DNA of 64,000 nucleotides from an uncultured Gammaproteobacteria bacterium. GTDB lineage: Bacteria > Patescibacteriota > Microgenomatia > Daviesbacterales > UBA10151. The translations under genes and the position numbers were made by a program. Where the stretch lies: the NCBI GenBank assembly GCA_964392925.1, contig CAYMRP010000004.1:71184-135183 (forward strand), read 5' to 3'. A model generated the notes under the pieces. That model was given only the letters and a program-made list of their open reading frames with translations, was not told the origin of the DNA and ran no database searches. This document shows, piece after piece, positions 37,920-48,561 of the stretch (within the stretch, counting starts at the first letter, position 1; every line of letters begins with the position of its first letter).

Positions 37920-40322
37920 ATGGATCCAATCTCTAACCCTATTAAACTAAGTAAAACTTTACCAGTAGGTCCTTTACGCGGCACTGTTATTTTCCCTGGC
38001 AACACAGTCCCAATCGTCTCCGCCCGTCCAAAATCACGCGCGGCCCTTGATGCTGCTTGGGCTACTAATCGTTTAGTAGTTTTCGTTGCCCAAAAGAATG
38101 AGCGCATCGATGATCCCAAAAAAGATGATTTATTCCAGGTAGGCACAGTTTGTTTAATCAAAAGAATTTTAAAAGTCGATAATGAATACCAACTTAGTGC
38201 CGAAGGCTTAACCCGTGTATTTATTAAAGGCTTCACCCAGACTGATAATTATTTAGAAGCTGAAATTGAAGAAATTCCTGAGCTATATGAGAGAAATGAA
38301 GAAACAGAAGCTTTAATTAGAACAGTTCGTGAGCAATTACGAAAATATCTGGAACTCAACGGAAATCCGTTATTTGATATGTCCTCACTTACAAACTGGC
38401 CGCTAATTTCCTCAAGCGATGATCCAAATCAGCTAGTTAATACAATTTGCCAAATGATCGAATTTAAAACAATCGATAAGCAGCAAATTTTAGAAATGGT
38501 TGCAGCCTCAGAAAGACTTCAAAGAGTCTCCGAATTACTCGCCAAAGAAATCAGAATTCTGGAAATTTCTCAAAAAATCTCTTCCCATACTCAGGAGAGA
38601 GTTTCCCGGATGACTAAAGAAGCTATTTTAAGAGAACAAATGCGCTCAATTGAAGAAGAGTTAGGTGAAGCTTCTGAAAATTCCGAAGTCCGCGAGTTTG
38701 AACTTAAGATCCGCAAAGCCAGCATGCCTAAAGAAGTTCGTGATAAAGCTAATAAAGAGCTTGGTCGTTTGGCAAAAATGTCCTCGTATAATCCTGAAGC
38801 TGCCTATATTAGAAATTACATTGAATGGTTAACTGATTTGCCTTGGAAAGGTGCACCCAAAACAAAAATCGATATGAAAAAAGCTGAAAAAGTTTTGGAT
38901 GCCGAGCATTACGGACTAAAAAAAGTTAAAGAGCGAATTATGGAATACCTAGCCGTTTATAAATTATCAGGCAAACTCCACGGCCCAATCTTATGTTTCG
39001 CTGGACCTCCGGGTACTGGAAAAACCTCAATCGGAAAATCAATCGCCAAAGCCTTAGGCCGAAAGTTTGTTAAAGTTTCTCTCGGTGGTATCAGAGACGA
39101 AGCTGAAATCAGAGGTCACAGAAGAACCTACGTTGGTTCTATGCCAGGACGCATGATCCAATCAGTCAAACAAGCTGGAACCTCAAATCCGGTCTTTATG
39201 TTAGACGAAATTGATAAAATCGGAGCCGATTACCGAGGTGATCCTTCAGCAGCCTTGCTTGAAGCGCTTGATCCTGAACAAAATCATTCCTTCTCAGATC
39301 ATTATTTAGAAGTGCCTTACGATTTGTCTAATGTTATGTTTATAACCACAGCAAACATGCTCGATACCATTCCTCCGGCACTGCGTGATCGTCTCGAAGT
39401 CATTACTTATCCAGGCTATACCAGAGATGAAAAATTTAATATCGCTAAGAACCATCTATTACCAAAAGTAATCGAGTCTCACGGACTAAAAAATTCTAAA
39501 ATCAAACTCGATTTTGATGAAAGCGCTATTTATCAGGTTATCGATGGCTACACTCGTGAAGCCGGAGTCAGAAGTTTAGAGCGGGAGCTCTCCGCAGTAA
39601 TTAGAAAAATCGCCAGAAAAATCGCTGAAGGCGAAATTAAATCTAGCTATCCGGTCACTGAAGAAGTTGTCAGAAAATTATTAGGTCCTGTTAAATTCTT
39701 GCCAGAGCTCGCTGAAATTGAAGATATGATCGGCGCTTCGACTGGCCTCGCTTGGAGTGAAGTTGGCGGATCAATTATGTTTATCGAGGTTACTTTAATG
39801 CCTGGTAAAGGTGCAATTCAATTAACAGGTCAATTAGGAGACGTTATGAAAGAATCAGCTCAAGCTGCAATGTCATATGTCCGTTCAAGTTGGGCAGCTC
39901 TAGGCTTAAATGAAAAATTCTTCCATAAAGTCGATGTTCACGTCCACGTTCCTGAAGGCGCAGTTCCTAAAGACGGTCCCTCTGCTGGAATCGCTTTAAC
40001 TACCGCTATTGTTTCAGCTTTTACTAAAATCCCTGTTAAAAAAGACATCGCCATGACCGGAGAAGTTACTTTAAGAGGTCGGGTTCTAGAAATCGGCGGC
40101 TTAAAAGAAAAAGTCCTCGCTGCCCACAGGGCTGGTGTTAAAGATATTATTATTCCTGAAAACAATAAAAAGGATTTGGAAGATATTCCAGAACATATTG
40201 TTGCTGATCTAAAATTCCACACAGTCAAGCATATGGACCAGGTACTGGAAATCGCTCTAATCAGAAATCCTTTTCCTAAAGCCAAGAAAATTCATTCAAC
40301 CCTTCCTCCAGCTTTTGCTTAA
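37920..40322 (+). CDS. lon: ATP-dependent Lon protease (LonA)
   Basis: N-terminal LON domain, AAA+ Walker [10 protein letters not shown], and an S16 protease domain with catalytic Ser in [16 protein letters not shown] and Lys downstream. Confidence 0.95.
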   Translation: MDPISNPIKLSKTLPVGPLRGTVIFPGNTVPIVSARPKSRAALDAAWATNRLVVFVAQKNERIDDPKKDDLFQVGTVCLIKRILKVDNEYQLSAEGLTRVFIKGFTQTDNYLEAEIEEIPELYERNEETEALIRTVREQLRKYLELNGNPLFDMSSLTNWPLISSSDDPNQLVNTICQMIEFKTIDKQQILEMVAASERLQRVSELLAKEIRILEISQKISSHTQERVSRMTKEAILREQMRSIEEELGEASENSEVREFELKIRKASMPKEVRDKANKELGRLAKMSSYNPEAAYIRNYIEWLTDLPWKGAPKTKIDMKKAEKVLDAEHYGLKKVKERIMEYLAVYKLSGKLHGPILCFAGPPGTGKTSIGKSIAKALGRKFVKVSLGGIRDEAEIRGHRRTYVGSMPGRMIQSVKQAGTSNPVFMLDEIDKIGADYRGDPSAALLEALDPEQNHSFSDHYLEVPYDLSNVMFITTANMLDTIPPALRDRLEVITYPGYTRDEKFNIAKNHLLPKVIESHGLKNSKIKLDFDESAIYQVIDGYTREAGVRSLERELSAVIRKIARKIAEGEIKSSYPVTEEVVRKLLGPVKFLPELAEIEDMIGASTGLAWSEVGGSIMFIEVTLMPGKGAIQLTGQLGDVMKESAQAAMSYVRSSWAALGLNEKFFHKVDVHVHVPEGAVPKDGPSAGIALTTAIVSAFTKIPVKKDIAMTGEVTLRGRVLEIGGLKEKVLAAHRAGVKDIIIPENNKKDLEDIPEHIVADLKFHTVKHMDQVLEIALIRNPFPKAKKIHSTLPPAFA

Positions 40323-40362
40323 CCATCTAGACCTATAGATCTTTTTAGATTATAATTCGCAG

Positions 40363-40833
40363 ATGAGAATTGAATCAGTCCAAGCTCCTATAGAGAGGCT
40401 AAAGTTTCTGCGTAATTTTAAGACTGAATCTTTAAGTGTCTTAGCCGGTGTTGGGATAGGGATATATGCCGCTCTGTCAGGTTCTATAAATAATGACCCA
40501 GCCTTCAAAATATCTTACTCCTGCGAAGAAAATAAAATGACGAATAATCGTGCAGAGGGAAAACACATAGAAATTGAAGTGGTCAGTAATTATCGGACCC
40601 GCGACGATTCTCTTCTCATTTTCTGGACTCCTCAACGACTAAGTCGGTTTAATCCCGAGCGACCATTTAATGGCTCTGCCAAGGAATCATTTGAGATGCC
40701 TAACGGCGTGAGTGTGCCTAAAGGTACGGTTGCCAGATTGAGAATCGTCCACTCTGACAGTCCCGATTTGAAACACTCTCTAAGCAGTGGCCGAGAGGTA
40801 GCTGCCCAAGCAGTACCAATAACTTGTGAATAG
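40363..40833 (+). CDS. Hypothetical protein, possibly membrane-anchored
   Basis: 156-aa ORF with an internal hydrophobic helix (SLSVLAGVGIGIYAAL) and no family motif. Confidence 0.35.
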   Translation: MRIESVQAPIERLKFLRNFKTESLSVLAGVGIGIYAALSGSINNDPAFKISYSCEENKMTNNRAEGKHIEIEVVSNYRTRDDSLLIFWTPQRLSRFNPERPFNGSAKESFEMPNGVSVPKGTVARLRIVHSDSPDLKHSLSSGREVAAQAVPITCE

Positions 40834-40926
40834 CTTCTTATATTTGACTATAAGTCCTAAAATTTAGTATAATTCCTCAATCAAAATTAATCTCTAGGTA
40901 ACCCCAAAGATTATTGATATACTAAA

Positions 40927-41433
40927 ATGACAGTGCATAATATTGGTGTCGGTAAAAAGTTTCCAAACGAAATATATGTAGTACTAGAGATCCCAAAAGG
41001 ATCTAGAAACAAATACGAATTCAACGAGGAATTCGGACTAATCGAACTAGACCGTGTTAACTACACAGCCATGGCTCATCCATACGACTATGGGTTTATA
41101 CCTGGAACCAGAAGCGAAGATGGCGATCATCTCGATGCTTTTGTTTTACTTGATCATTCCGCATTCCCTGGAGCACTCGTCTCCGCTCGTCCGGTAGGAG
41201 TTTTATTCATGGTTGATGACGGCGAAAAAGACGAAAAAATTATTGCAGTCCCTTCTAAAGATCCTAGATTTAATCATATTAAAGATCTTTCAGATCTATC
41301 TCCTCACATCAAAAAAGAAATCGAGCATTTCTTCCAGCATTACAAAGATCTTCAAAAAGTTACAGTTGAACTAAAAGGCTGGGGCGGAGCAGAAAAAGCT
41401 AAGGAAGTAATAGAGAAAAGTAGAGAAGAATAG
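40927..41433 (+). CDS. ppa: Inorganic pyrophosphatase (family I, soluble)
   Basis: Family I PPase motifs (DHLDAFVL, IAVP) and a 168-aa length. Confidence 0.9.
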   Translation: MTVHNIGVGKKFPNEIYVVLEIPKGSRNKYEFNEEFGLIELDRVNYTAMAHPYDYGFIPGTRSEDGDHLDAFVLLDHSAFPGALVSARPVGVLFMVDDGEKDEKIIAVPSKDPRFNHIKDLSDLSPHIKKEIEHFFQHYKDLQKVTVELKGWGGAEKAKEVIEKSREE

Positions 41434-41565
41434 AATTTCTAATATCTAAGTGCTCTAATTGACATAAGAAAATCCCAATATCCAAGTCCCAAATTTAAGT
41501 CATTCTAACCTTGGTGCTTGTTTAGATAAATTAGAAATTAGGTTAATTAGGTCAATTAATTCCAC
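41434..41565. repeat. Copy 2 of the dispersed intergenic element (see 4424-4533)
   Basis: AATTTCTAATATCTAAGTGCTCTAATTGAC...AAATCCCAATATCCAAG...TTAGAAATTAGGTTAATTAGGTCAATTAATT is highly similar to copy 1 and starts right after the ppa stop codon. Confidence 0.7.
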
Positions 41566-41628
41566 ATTCCCTCTTGACCTGTAACCTGTAGTTGTTGTAA
41601 TAATATCCCCACTGCCGCCAAGGTCTAT

Positions 41629-43632
41629 ATGGGTTTTGAATTAACACCACAAATTTTAAATTACTTTATTTGGTCCGGCTCAATCGCCGCCACAGCTTAT
41701 GGACTCATTCTTGCTTGGTTAATCTTAAAACTCCCCACAGGTAACGACAAAATGAGGGAAATCGCCTCAGCAATTCAGGAAGGTGCTACCGCATATTTAA
41801 CCCGACAATACATGGTTATCTCCCTGGTTGCGCTAGTAATAACTGTCCTGATCGGTCTCTTCATCTCCTTAAATAGTGCAATCGGCTTCGTTATCGGTGC
41901 TTTATTCTCAGCTGTTGCCGGTCTCGTCGGTATGGTTGTAGCCGTTAGAGCAAATATCCGATGCGCTGAAGCTGCAAAAAAAGGTTTAGCTCAGGCATTT
42001 GATGTCGCCTTTAAAGGCGGAGCAGTCACAGGTTTTATAGTTGTTGGCTTGGCTTTAGGCGTAACTTATGGCTTTTACCAATATTCTCTCGATATCCCAG
42101 CTTTAGTTTCTTTAGGTTTTGGAGCTTCTTTGATCTCAGTTTTTGCTAGACTCGGTGGGGGAATCTATACTAAAGGCGCAGACGTTGGTGGTGACATGGT
42201 TGGTAAAGTTGAGGCCGGAATTCCGGAAGATGATCCTCGAAATCCTGCTGTTATTGCTGATCTTGTAGGCGATAATGTTGGTGACGATGCTGGAATGGCT
42301 GCTGATATTTTCGAGACTTATGTTGTGACTGCAATTGCCGCAATTCTGCTCGGTGAATTCTTAATCCCTGGCTCTGAAACAGTTATTTATTATCCTCTGG
42401 CATTAATGTCAGGCGGTATTTTTGCTTCAATTATTGGTTCATTCTTTGCCCGTCTCACAGGTGGCCGGATTATGGGTACTTTATATCAGGGTCTTGGCGT
42501 AGCTGTTGTTTTATCTGCAGTTTCTTTTTACTTTATTACTGATGCTATGTGGGCAGGCAACGCAATCTTCTCCTCGACAAACTTATTCCTGGCCAGCCTT
42601 GTTGGTTTAGCAGTTTCAGCCGGCATGATGATAATTACGGAGTATTACACAGGGACAAAGTATAGTCCTGTTCGTTCAATAGCTCAGGCTTCAGCAACTG
42701 GCCATGGCACTAATGTTATTGCAGGCCTCGCAGTTTCTATGAAATCTACCTTTGCTCCAATCATCTTAATCTGCGCCGCTACTCTAATCTCTTTCTTCTT
42801 AGCTGATCTCTATGGAGTCGCTATCGCTGCAGTTGCCATGTTATCTCTGGCTGGAATAGTTGTGGCTATCGATGCCTTTGGTCCGATAACTGATAACGCC
42901 GGAGGAATCGCCGAAATGAGCGGTATGCCTGCTAAAATCCGTGCGAGTGTGACTGATCCTTTGGATGCCGTTGGCAACACCACCAAAGCAGTCACCAAAG
43001 GTTATGCTATTGCCTCAGCCGGCCTCGCAGCACTAGTTCTCTTTGCAGCCTACACACAAGAACTAGGTTCAGGAGTTATATTTGCCCTTAATGATCCTAA
43101 AGTCTTAGTTGGATTATTTATTGGTGGCGCATTGCCTTATGTATTTGCCTCCTTTGCTATGGAAGCAGTGGGTAAAGCTGGACAAGCTGTTGTTGAAGAA
43201 GTCCGCCGTCAATTCAAACTTTACAAAGGCATTATGAAAGGCACTCAAAAACCAGATTACGCTGCCTGTGTTTCAATAGTTACTGCAGCTGCTCAAAAAG
43301 AAATGATTATCCCAACTCTAATCCCTGTCTTAGCTCCAATCATAGTTGGTCTTTTCTTAGGTCCTATCGCCTTAGGCGGAATGCTCGTCGGTATAATTAT
43401 CACTGGTTTATTCGTTGGTTTATCTATGACAACTGGCGGAGCCGCTTGGGATAACGCTAAAAAATATATTGAGCAAGGTAACTTAGGCGGCAAAGGCTCC
43501 TTCGCTCATCAATCAGCAGTCACTGGCGACACAGTCGGCGATCCTTATAAGGATACTGCCGGACCAGCCATCAACCCAATGATTAAAGTTGCAAACATTG
43601 TTGCCCTACTTCTAGTCGCTCTTCTCAAATAA
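41629..43632 (+). CDS. hppA: Membrane-bound H+/Na+-translocating pyrophosphatase (V-type, HppA)
   Basis: 667 aa with about 16 TM helices and the signature [18 protein letters not shown]. Confidence 0.95.
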   Translation: MGFELTPQILNYFIWSGSIAATAYGLILAWLILKLPTGNDKMREIASAIQEGATAYLTRQYMVISLVALVITVLIGLFISLNSAIGFVIGALFSAVAGLVGMVVAVRANIRCAEAAKKGLAQAFDVAFKGGAVTGFIVVGLALGVTYGFYQYSLDIPALVSLGFGASLISVFARLGGGIYTKGADVGGDMVGKVEAGIPEDDPRNPAVIADLVGDNVGDDAGMAADIFETYVVTAIAAILLGEFLIPGSETVIYYPLALMSGGIFASIIGSFFARLTGGRIMGTLYQGLGVAVVLSAVSFYFITDAMWAGNAIFSSTNLFLASLVGLAVSAGMMIITEYYTGTKYSPVRSIAQASATGHGTNVIAGLAVSMKSTFAPIILICAATLISFFLADLYGVAIAAVAMLSLAGIVVAIDAFGPITDNAGGIAEMSGMPAKIRASVTDPLDAVGNTTKAVTKGYAIASAGLAALVLFAAYTQELGSGVIFALNDPKVLVGLFIGGALPYVFASFAMEAVGKAGQAVVEEVRRQFKLYKGIMKGTQKPDYAACVSIVTAAAQKEMIIPTLIPVLAPIIVGLFLGPIALGGMLVGIIITGLFVGLSMTTGGAAWDNAKKYIEQGNLGGKGSFAHQSAVTGDTVGDPYKDTAGPAINPMIKVANIVALLLVALLK

Positions 43633-43660
43633 TTATTATTCTCTCAGTTATAATTAGTGA

Positions 43661-44833
43661 ATGTTTCAGCAATCCCGAAGAAATGTTTTAAGAAATATTA
43701 AGCTCTTATATCTCTATGATTTTTTCTCAGACTTTAGATTTTATTATCCTATTGAAATATTATATTTTTCTGAAATAGCCGGTTCTTATGCTTTAGGAAT
43801 GATGGTCTGGGGTGTTATGAGTGTTTCTTCATCTTTATTCGAAGTTCCAACAGGGATTTTTTCTGATTATATTGGCAGGAGAAAAACAATTATTCTGGCA
43901 TCTATAGCCTGTGTTATGTCAGTCTTTTGTTATGCATTAGGTCTTTCATATTGGTTTTTAATTCTCGGGGCAGTACTCCAAGGCCTTTCGAGATCGTTCT
44001 TCAGTGGAAATAATGAAGCTTTACTTCACGATTCTCTAAAAGAAAAAGATATGCAAAATGAATATCACCACTTTCATGGAAAAACTAACAGTATGATGCA
44101 GACAGGAGCCGCAATATCAGCTTTGGCCGGAGGCTTTCTCGCATACTATTTTTCATACAGCTTTGTTTTTTGGCTAAGCCTTATTCCACTGCTTATAAAT
44201 CTAGGACTATCTTTTCTATTCATAGAGCCGAAAGTTAAATCGGAAAAAAGCGGAAATTTATATAACCACTTAGGTGAAGCAATTACCTTATTTATTAAAA
44301 ATCCTAAACTTAGATTATTAAGCTTTGCCAGTATTTGGGCTTATGGTTTAGGTGAAAGCGGTTGGCTTTTTAGATCGGCTTTTGTTGCAACAATTTGGCC
44401 AATTTGGGCTGTCGGAATACCTAAAGCTCTTGGGAATATTGGAGCAGCATTTGGATTTTTTATTGCAGGTAAAGTAATCACAAAATTTAAAGCAATTAAA
44501 GCTCTTTTGTTCGGTAGTATATTCGCCCATACAATAAATATTATTGCTTTTGCTTTTGTAACGATACTTTCTCCAATAATATCTATACTAGGTTCTCCAA
44601 TTTTTGGAATTTCAGAAACTGCAAAATCTACCCTTTTTCAAAAAGAATTTACTGATAAGCAAAGAGCAACAATGGGTTCTTTAAATGCATTGGCTGGATC
44701 TTTATTCTTTGCCCTCGCTTCTTACTCAGTGGGATATATCGCAGATTTACTTGATCCGGCCAAAGGACTCTTGATCTTACAAATACTAATGCTTGTGAAT
44801 ATTTATATTTATTGGCGACTTCTTAAAAGATAA
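43661..44833 (+). CDS. MFS transporter
   Basis: 390 aa in a 12-TM layout with the conserved loop 2-3 motif GIFSDYIGRRKT (G-x-L-aD-r-x-G-R-R-like). Confidence 0.75.
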   Translation: MFQQSRRNVLRNIKLLYLYDFFSDFRFYYPIEILYFSEIAGSYALGMMVWGVMSVSSSLFEVPTGIFSDYIGRRKTIILASIACVMSVFCYALGLSYWFLILGAVLQGLSRSFFSGNNEALLHDSLKEKDMQNEYHHFHGKTNSMMQTGAAISALAGGFLAYYFSYSFVFWLSLIPLLINLGLSFLFIEPKVKSEKSGNLYNHLGEAITLFIKNPKLRLLSFASIWAYGLGESGWLFRSAFVATIWPIWAVGIPKALGNIGAAFGFFIAGKVITKFKAIKALLFGSIFAHTINIIAFAFVTILSPIISILGSPIFGISETAKSTLFQKEFTDKQRATMGSLNALAGSLFFALASYSVGYIADLLDPAKGLLILQILMLVNIYIYWRLLKR

Positions 44834-44860
44834 TTTGACACCAAGGACTATAATTTAGGT

Positions 44861-45502
44861 ATGAATGAGAGATTCATAGCCGATAAGCTTGCTGAATATC
44901 CCAAAGGCTGGAGTGCAAAAGTAAGACCTATTATTCCTTATGCAAATATTTCTTTAAGTAAAACTGCCTTACACGAAGCAAAGCATTTGGTATTACTGCA
45001 CGCAAATGGAACGGGTGCCAAAAGCGGGACAATTGAACCCGGACCCGGATATTTAGGAATGGTTGAGCCTCATGGCTTTGACGCTGTTGCCGCTTTAGGT
45101 CCAGATGCAGACGGAGATACCGGGACTGATCATGATAAAAGAGTTGCTGCATGGGGCGGCGCAGATATTGATTCATCTAGAAAAGTTGCCAGAACTATGC
45201 TTAATCGTTTAAGAGAAGAGGTCAGATTAGTAGCAGGGCTTCTAGAAGTAGAAAGAACTGTCTCCGGGGGCAGGGTATCAGAAGTTATAAATAAATATCA
45301 GCAAGATCCTGACGAAGAAGTAGAGGTGGTCGATCCAATTGGTAACATAACAACAACTAAGACACCCCGAAGTAAAAGACACGAAATACTTTTCGGGGTA
45401 AATGAAAAGAATAAACACTTAGAAAATAAAGATATAAAAAAAGTCAGGAATTTCAGACCTTTGAATAATAAGTTAAAAATTTCTACTAAAATAGCAGCTT
45501 GA
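44861..45502 (+). CDS. Stand-alone FtsH-type (M41) zinc-peptidase domain protein lacking AAA+ and TM regions
   Basis: TALHEAKHLVL (HExxH) resembles FtsH TAYHEAGHALV; GTIEPGPGYLGMVEP resembles TIIPRGRALGYT; GGADIDSSRKVARTML resembles TGASNDIERATEIARNMV. The ORF is 213 aa and GC-richer than its neighbours. Confidence 0.5.
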   Translation: MNERFIADKLAEYPKGWSAKVRPIIPYANISLSKTALHEAKHLVLLHANGTGAKSGTIEPGPGYLGMVEPHGFDAVAALGPDADGDTGTDHDKRVAAWGGADIDSSRKVARTMLNRLREEVRLVAGLLEVERTVSGGRVSEVINKYQQDPDEEVEVVDPIGNITTTKTPRSKRHEILFGVNEKNKHLENKDIKKVRNFRPLNNKLKISTKIAA

Positions 45503-45680
45503 CCTATAGTAGAGTATTGCAAAAAATAAAATTTATGATAGTATATTCATACAACTAAATATCAAAAGCGTTTGTACTTGTAGTCGCGCACAAGGAGCTG
45601 GTTCTCAAAATAGAACACGGAGACGAAACCGTAAAAGACAGTAACATGTGTCGGTAACGGAGCATGTCAGGAATAAGTAA

Positions 45681-45703
45681 TTCTTTGACATCTCGCGAAA
45701 GCG
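45681..45703 (+). terminator. Intrinsic-terminator-like hairpin (TCTCGC-GAAA-GCGGGA followed by T7)
   Basis: A 6-bp stem with a GAAA tetraloop followed by TTTTTTT, located inside a 320-bp noncoding region. Confidence 0.45.
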
Positions 45704-45747
45704 GGATTTTTTTGAATTAGTACAAGGTGGCACCGCCAATTTAAAGG

Positions 45748-45797
45748 CCCTTGTGATTTTCTTAACTAAAGTTAGGGAATTCACAAGGGCTTTTTTA
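45748..45797 (+). terminator. Rho-independent terminator (10-bp stem GCCCTTGTGA/TCACAAGGGC followed by T6)
   Basis: A perfect 10-bp inverted repeat at 45748-45757 and 45781-45790, followed by TTTTTT. Confidence 0.6.
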
Positions 45798-45822
45798 ATG
45801 CCCTAAAAAAGGAAAAAAATAT

Positions 45823-46413
45823 ATGAGATCAATATATAAGGAAAAGCTAAGTAATCCAATATCGGAACACATTCCTGGGAAAATTATTATGGGCGGAGAA
45901 ATTGACATCCTCTCTTTAGGGGTGAGGCAGGGGTATGCAAGTTATATTAGTGAGGAGCTAGGTAAGCATCAAGATAAAACTAAACTAAGAAGTTCCATAG
46001 AATTAGAAAGGGATATGCGAGAAGCCAGAGCGATTCTTTGTCTTCACCCCGAGACTGAGCAATTATTAGCATTCGCCAAGCTCGAATATTTTGGAATAAA
46101 TGATGCAAAACAAATTATATATGAGTTTGGTTCTTGGATTGGTAAGAATGGCTATGGAAGAGATGTCTTAGAGGCTGGAAGAGATTTAGCCGCCCAGCAA
46201 TTTCCGTATGCCAGACTGATAGCAATTGTCAGACCCAGCAACCTAAAAGCGCAAAGAATAATTACTGAGAGTGGGGGAATAAAAGTGGGTTATCTTGATC
46301 CTCTCGTGAAACATATTTACGACATAACCAGAAGACAACAACCAACAAGTGTAATCAAGCTAGGTCAGGGTGGAATTTGGATTAATCAACAAAATCAAGG
46401 TCATATTCTATAA
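45823..46413 (+). CDS. Hypothetical protein (possible acyl-CoA N-acyltransferase-like fold; weak)
   Basis: 196 aa with a good SD-like AAGGAAAAA upstream. A weak GNAT-like segment (ARLIAIVRPSNLKAQRIITESGGIKVG) does not support a confident family call. Confidence 0.3.
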   Translation: MRSIYKEKLSNPISEHIPGKIIMGGEIDILSLGVRQGYASYISEELGKHQDKTKLRSSIELERDMREARAILCLHPETEQLLAFAKLEYFGINDAKQIIYEFGSWIGKNGYGRDVLEAGRDLAAQQFPYARLIAIVRPSNLKAQRIITESGGIKVGYLDPLVKHIYDITRRQQPTSVIKLGQGGIWINQQNQGHIL

Positions 46414-46424
46414 GGAAAAAAGTT

Positions 46425-47150
46425 ATGAAAAAATCTACAGCAATAAAATACAAGACAATAGGTGTTTTAGGAGGCATGGGCCCCTCTGCCTCAGCATACT
46501 TTTATCAGCTTTTATTGAAAACTCTACAGCAAAAGCATAATGCTGTGCAGGATTATGACTATCCTCAAATAATCATTAATTCATTATCTCTATCGGATTC
46601 CAGCGAGAATGGAATGGAAAGTTCGACTAGAATTATTAATCAGTTAACCAAAGGGATTAATGCATTGGAAAAGGCGGGTGCTAATTTTATTACAATTCCT
46701 TGCAATTCAGTTCATAATTCAATTAAGGTACTGAGGAAGAAAACAAAGTTACCAATAATCAGTATTATTGAGAAAGTAAGCTTGGAGGTTATTAAGGATA
46801 AATCTAAGAAAATTCTTATTCTCTCCTCAAAAACAACTAATAATTACGGTCTTTATGATAGTTTGAAAAATGAGGGAATAATTATAATAAAACCTAACAG
46901 TATTCTTGAGGAGCAAGTCACTAGGTTAATACTTGCTGTAATGGGAAATAAGAATATTCAGAACGTAAAAAAACCTGTTATCAAAACAATTAACAGCATG
47001 TTTAACAGTGGTGATATTGATTCAGTACTTCTAGGTTGTACCGAGTTACCATTAGCAATAACTAAGGGCGATGTAGATTGTAAGATTTATGATTCATTAA
47101 GAATATTATCGGAGGCTTCTGTAAACTACTCACTAATCTCGGCGAAATAA
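46425..47150 (+). CDS. Aspartate/glutamate/hydantoin racemase-family protein (Asp racemase-like)
   Basis: N-terminal IGVLGGMGPSAS motif and a second half-site with Cys (LLGCTELP), typical of Asp/Glu racemase superfamily two-Cys enzymes. Confidence 0.75.
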   Translation: MKKSTAIKYKTIGVLGGMGPSASAYFYQLLLKTLQQKHNAVQDYDYPQIIINSLSLSDSSENGMESSTRIINQLTKGINALEKAGANFITIPCNSVHNSIKVLRKKTKLPIISIIEKVSLEVIKDKSKKILILSSKTTNNYGLYDSLKNEGIIIIKPNSILEEQVTRLILAVMGNKNIQNVKKPVIKTINSMFNSGDIDSVLLGCTELPLAITKGDVDCKIYDSLRILSEASVNYSLISAK

Positions 47151-47256
47151 TTATTGTTTTAATTTTTACACAGTTTAAGCTATAATAGGCACTATAAACG
47201 AAGACTTCATTAAAAACACATTATCTTTAAGAGGCAAGGTTAAGGGTCAAAAATGG

Positions 47257-48102
47257 TTGGACAGTTTGCCAGAACTTGTTAAAAGTTATGAAACTAAATG
47301 GGGTATCAAAACTGGCAGCCCTATCGAAAATCTTTCAATAAATTATGTTCAAAATGCTCAGGCCAGAGAAGGACAAGCTGTTCTAAAAATTGGATTTCCA
47401 GAAGATCAAGTTTTTCTCTATGAAATAAAAGCACTTGAAGTTTTTAATGGTAACGGCGCAGTTAGAATTATCAGAGAAGATTTTGAAAATTCTGTTGTCC
47501 TTCTTGAATCATGCATCCCTGGTAAATCTTTAGATACTATTAATGATGAAGAAAAAGAAAATTTAATTTTTACAAATGTTAGTAAAAGAATTTGGAGAAG
47601 AGTTTTTGAAGATTCAGAATTTCCTAAACTCTCAGATGAAATAAAATACTTCGACTGGTACTTCAGCAATAAAAAAGCTGCAACACTTTTGCCGGTGGAA
47701 TTAGTTACAAAGGCAAAGGAAAAATTTGAGGCATTAATAAAAGCCCAGAAAGATTTATATCTTTTACATGGTGATTTACATCACGGTAATATTCTATCTT
47801 CTGAAAGAGGATGGCTCTCTATTGATCCTAAAGGCATAGTCGGTGAAAGGGAATACGAAATAGCTTCTTTTATTACCAACCCCCGATCCAGATTTGAAAA
47901 CAACAATGATCTAATTGATAAAGATTATTTTGCCAAAAAAATAGAATCAATAGCAACCATCCTCAGATTTGATAAGAAAAAAATCACTCAATGGGCTTTT
48001 GTTAAGCAGGTTCTATCATTAATTTGGACAATCCAAGATCATGGTAAAACCGATAAGCTAGGACTAAGAATTGCTACCGAACTGGAAAAGTTAATATCAT
48101 AA
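47257..48102 (+). CDS. Aminoglycoside 6-phosphotransferase APH(6)-family kinase (streptomycin kinase-like)
   Basis: LHGDLHHGNIL and GWLSIDPKGIVGE closely match the APH(6)-Id LHGDLHHENI and GWLVIDPVGLVGE catalytic-loop region. The track start is TTG. Confidence 0.8.
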   Translation: MDSLPELVKSYETKWGIKTGSPIENLSINYVQNAQAREGQAVLKIGFPEDQVFLYEIKALEVFNGNGAVRIIREDFENSVVLLESCIPGKSLDTINDEEKENLIFTNVSKRIWRRVFEDSEFPKLSDEIKYFDWYFSNKKAATLLPVELVTKAKEKFEALIKAQKDLYLLHGDLHHGNILSSERGWLSIDPKGIVGEREYEIASFITNPRSRFENNNDLIDKDYFAKKIESIATILRFDKKKITQWAFVKQVLSLIWTIQDHGKTDKLGLRIATELEKLIS

Positions 48103-48159
48103 ACCTCCTATAAACTCGAAAAAAGAAATCTAAATGGTGAATTTGCTTAGTAAAGTAAA

Positions 48160-48561
48160 ATGTTAAATATAACTGAGCTTTTAACTAAAATAATAAATTG
48201 GGGAAATTCTGAAGAAAGTATTCAAGCCATTGGTTTAGTTGGATCTCACGCCAGAAAAGCAGCAACAGATGATTCAGATGTTGATCTAATGATCATTTGT
48301 AAAAATCCCGAAAATTATATTTCTGACGAAGATTGGATTCACAATTTCGGTCAAGTAAAAGAAATAAAAAATGAAATATGGAGTCAGTTAAAAACCAAAA
48401 GGGTTTTCTACACGAACGGCTTAGAAGTTGAATTTAATTTCGACAAAGCTTCTTGGGCAAATCATGAAGATTCAGGAACTAAAAGAGTTATTACAGATGG
48501 AATAAAGATTCTAGTAGATAAAGAAAAAATTCTGGAAAATTTACAAAAGTTTTTTAAGTAG
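48160..48561 (+). CDS. Nucleotidyltransferase-domain protein resembling the N-terminal half of ANT(6)/AadK aminoglycoside adenylyltransferase (truncated; possible gene remnant)
   Basis: The NTase motif GLVGSHARKAATDDSDVDLMII aligns with AadK LEGSRTN...DYDISYFV. The ORF is 133 aa against about 280 aa for ANT(6), and its stop codon overlaps the 3' end of the tRNA-Glu gene. Confidence 0.55.
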   Translation: MLNITELLTKIINWGNSEESIQAIGLVGSHARKAATDDSDVDLMIICKNPENYISDEDWIHNFGQVKEIKNEIWSQLKTKRVFYTNGLEVEFNFDKASWANHEDSGTKRVITDGIKILVDKEKILENLQKFFK

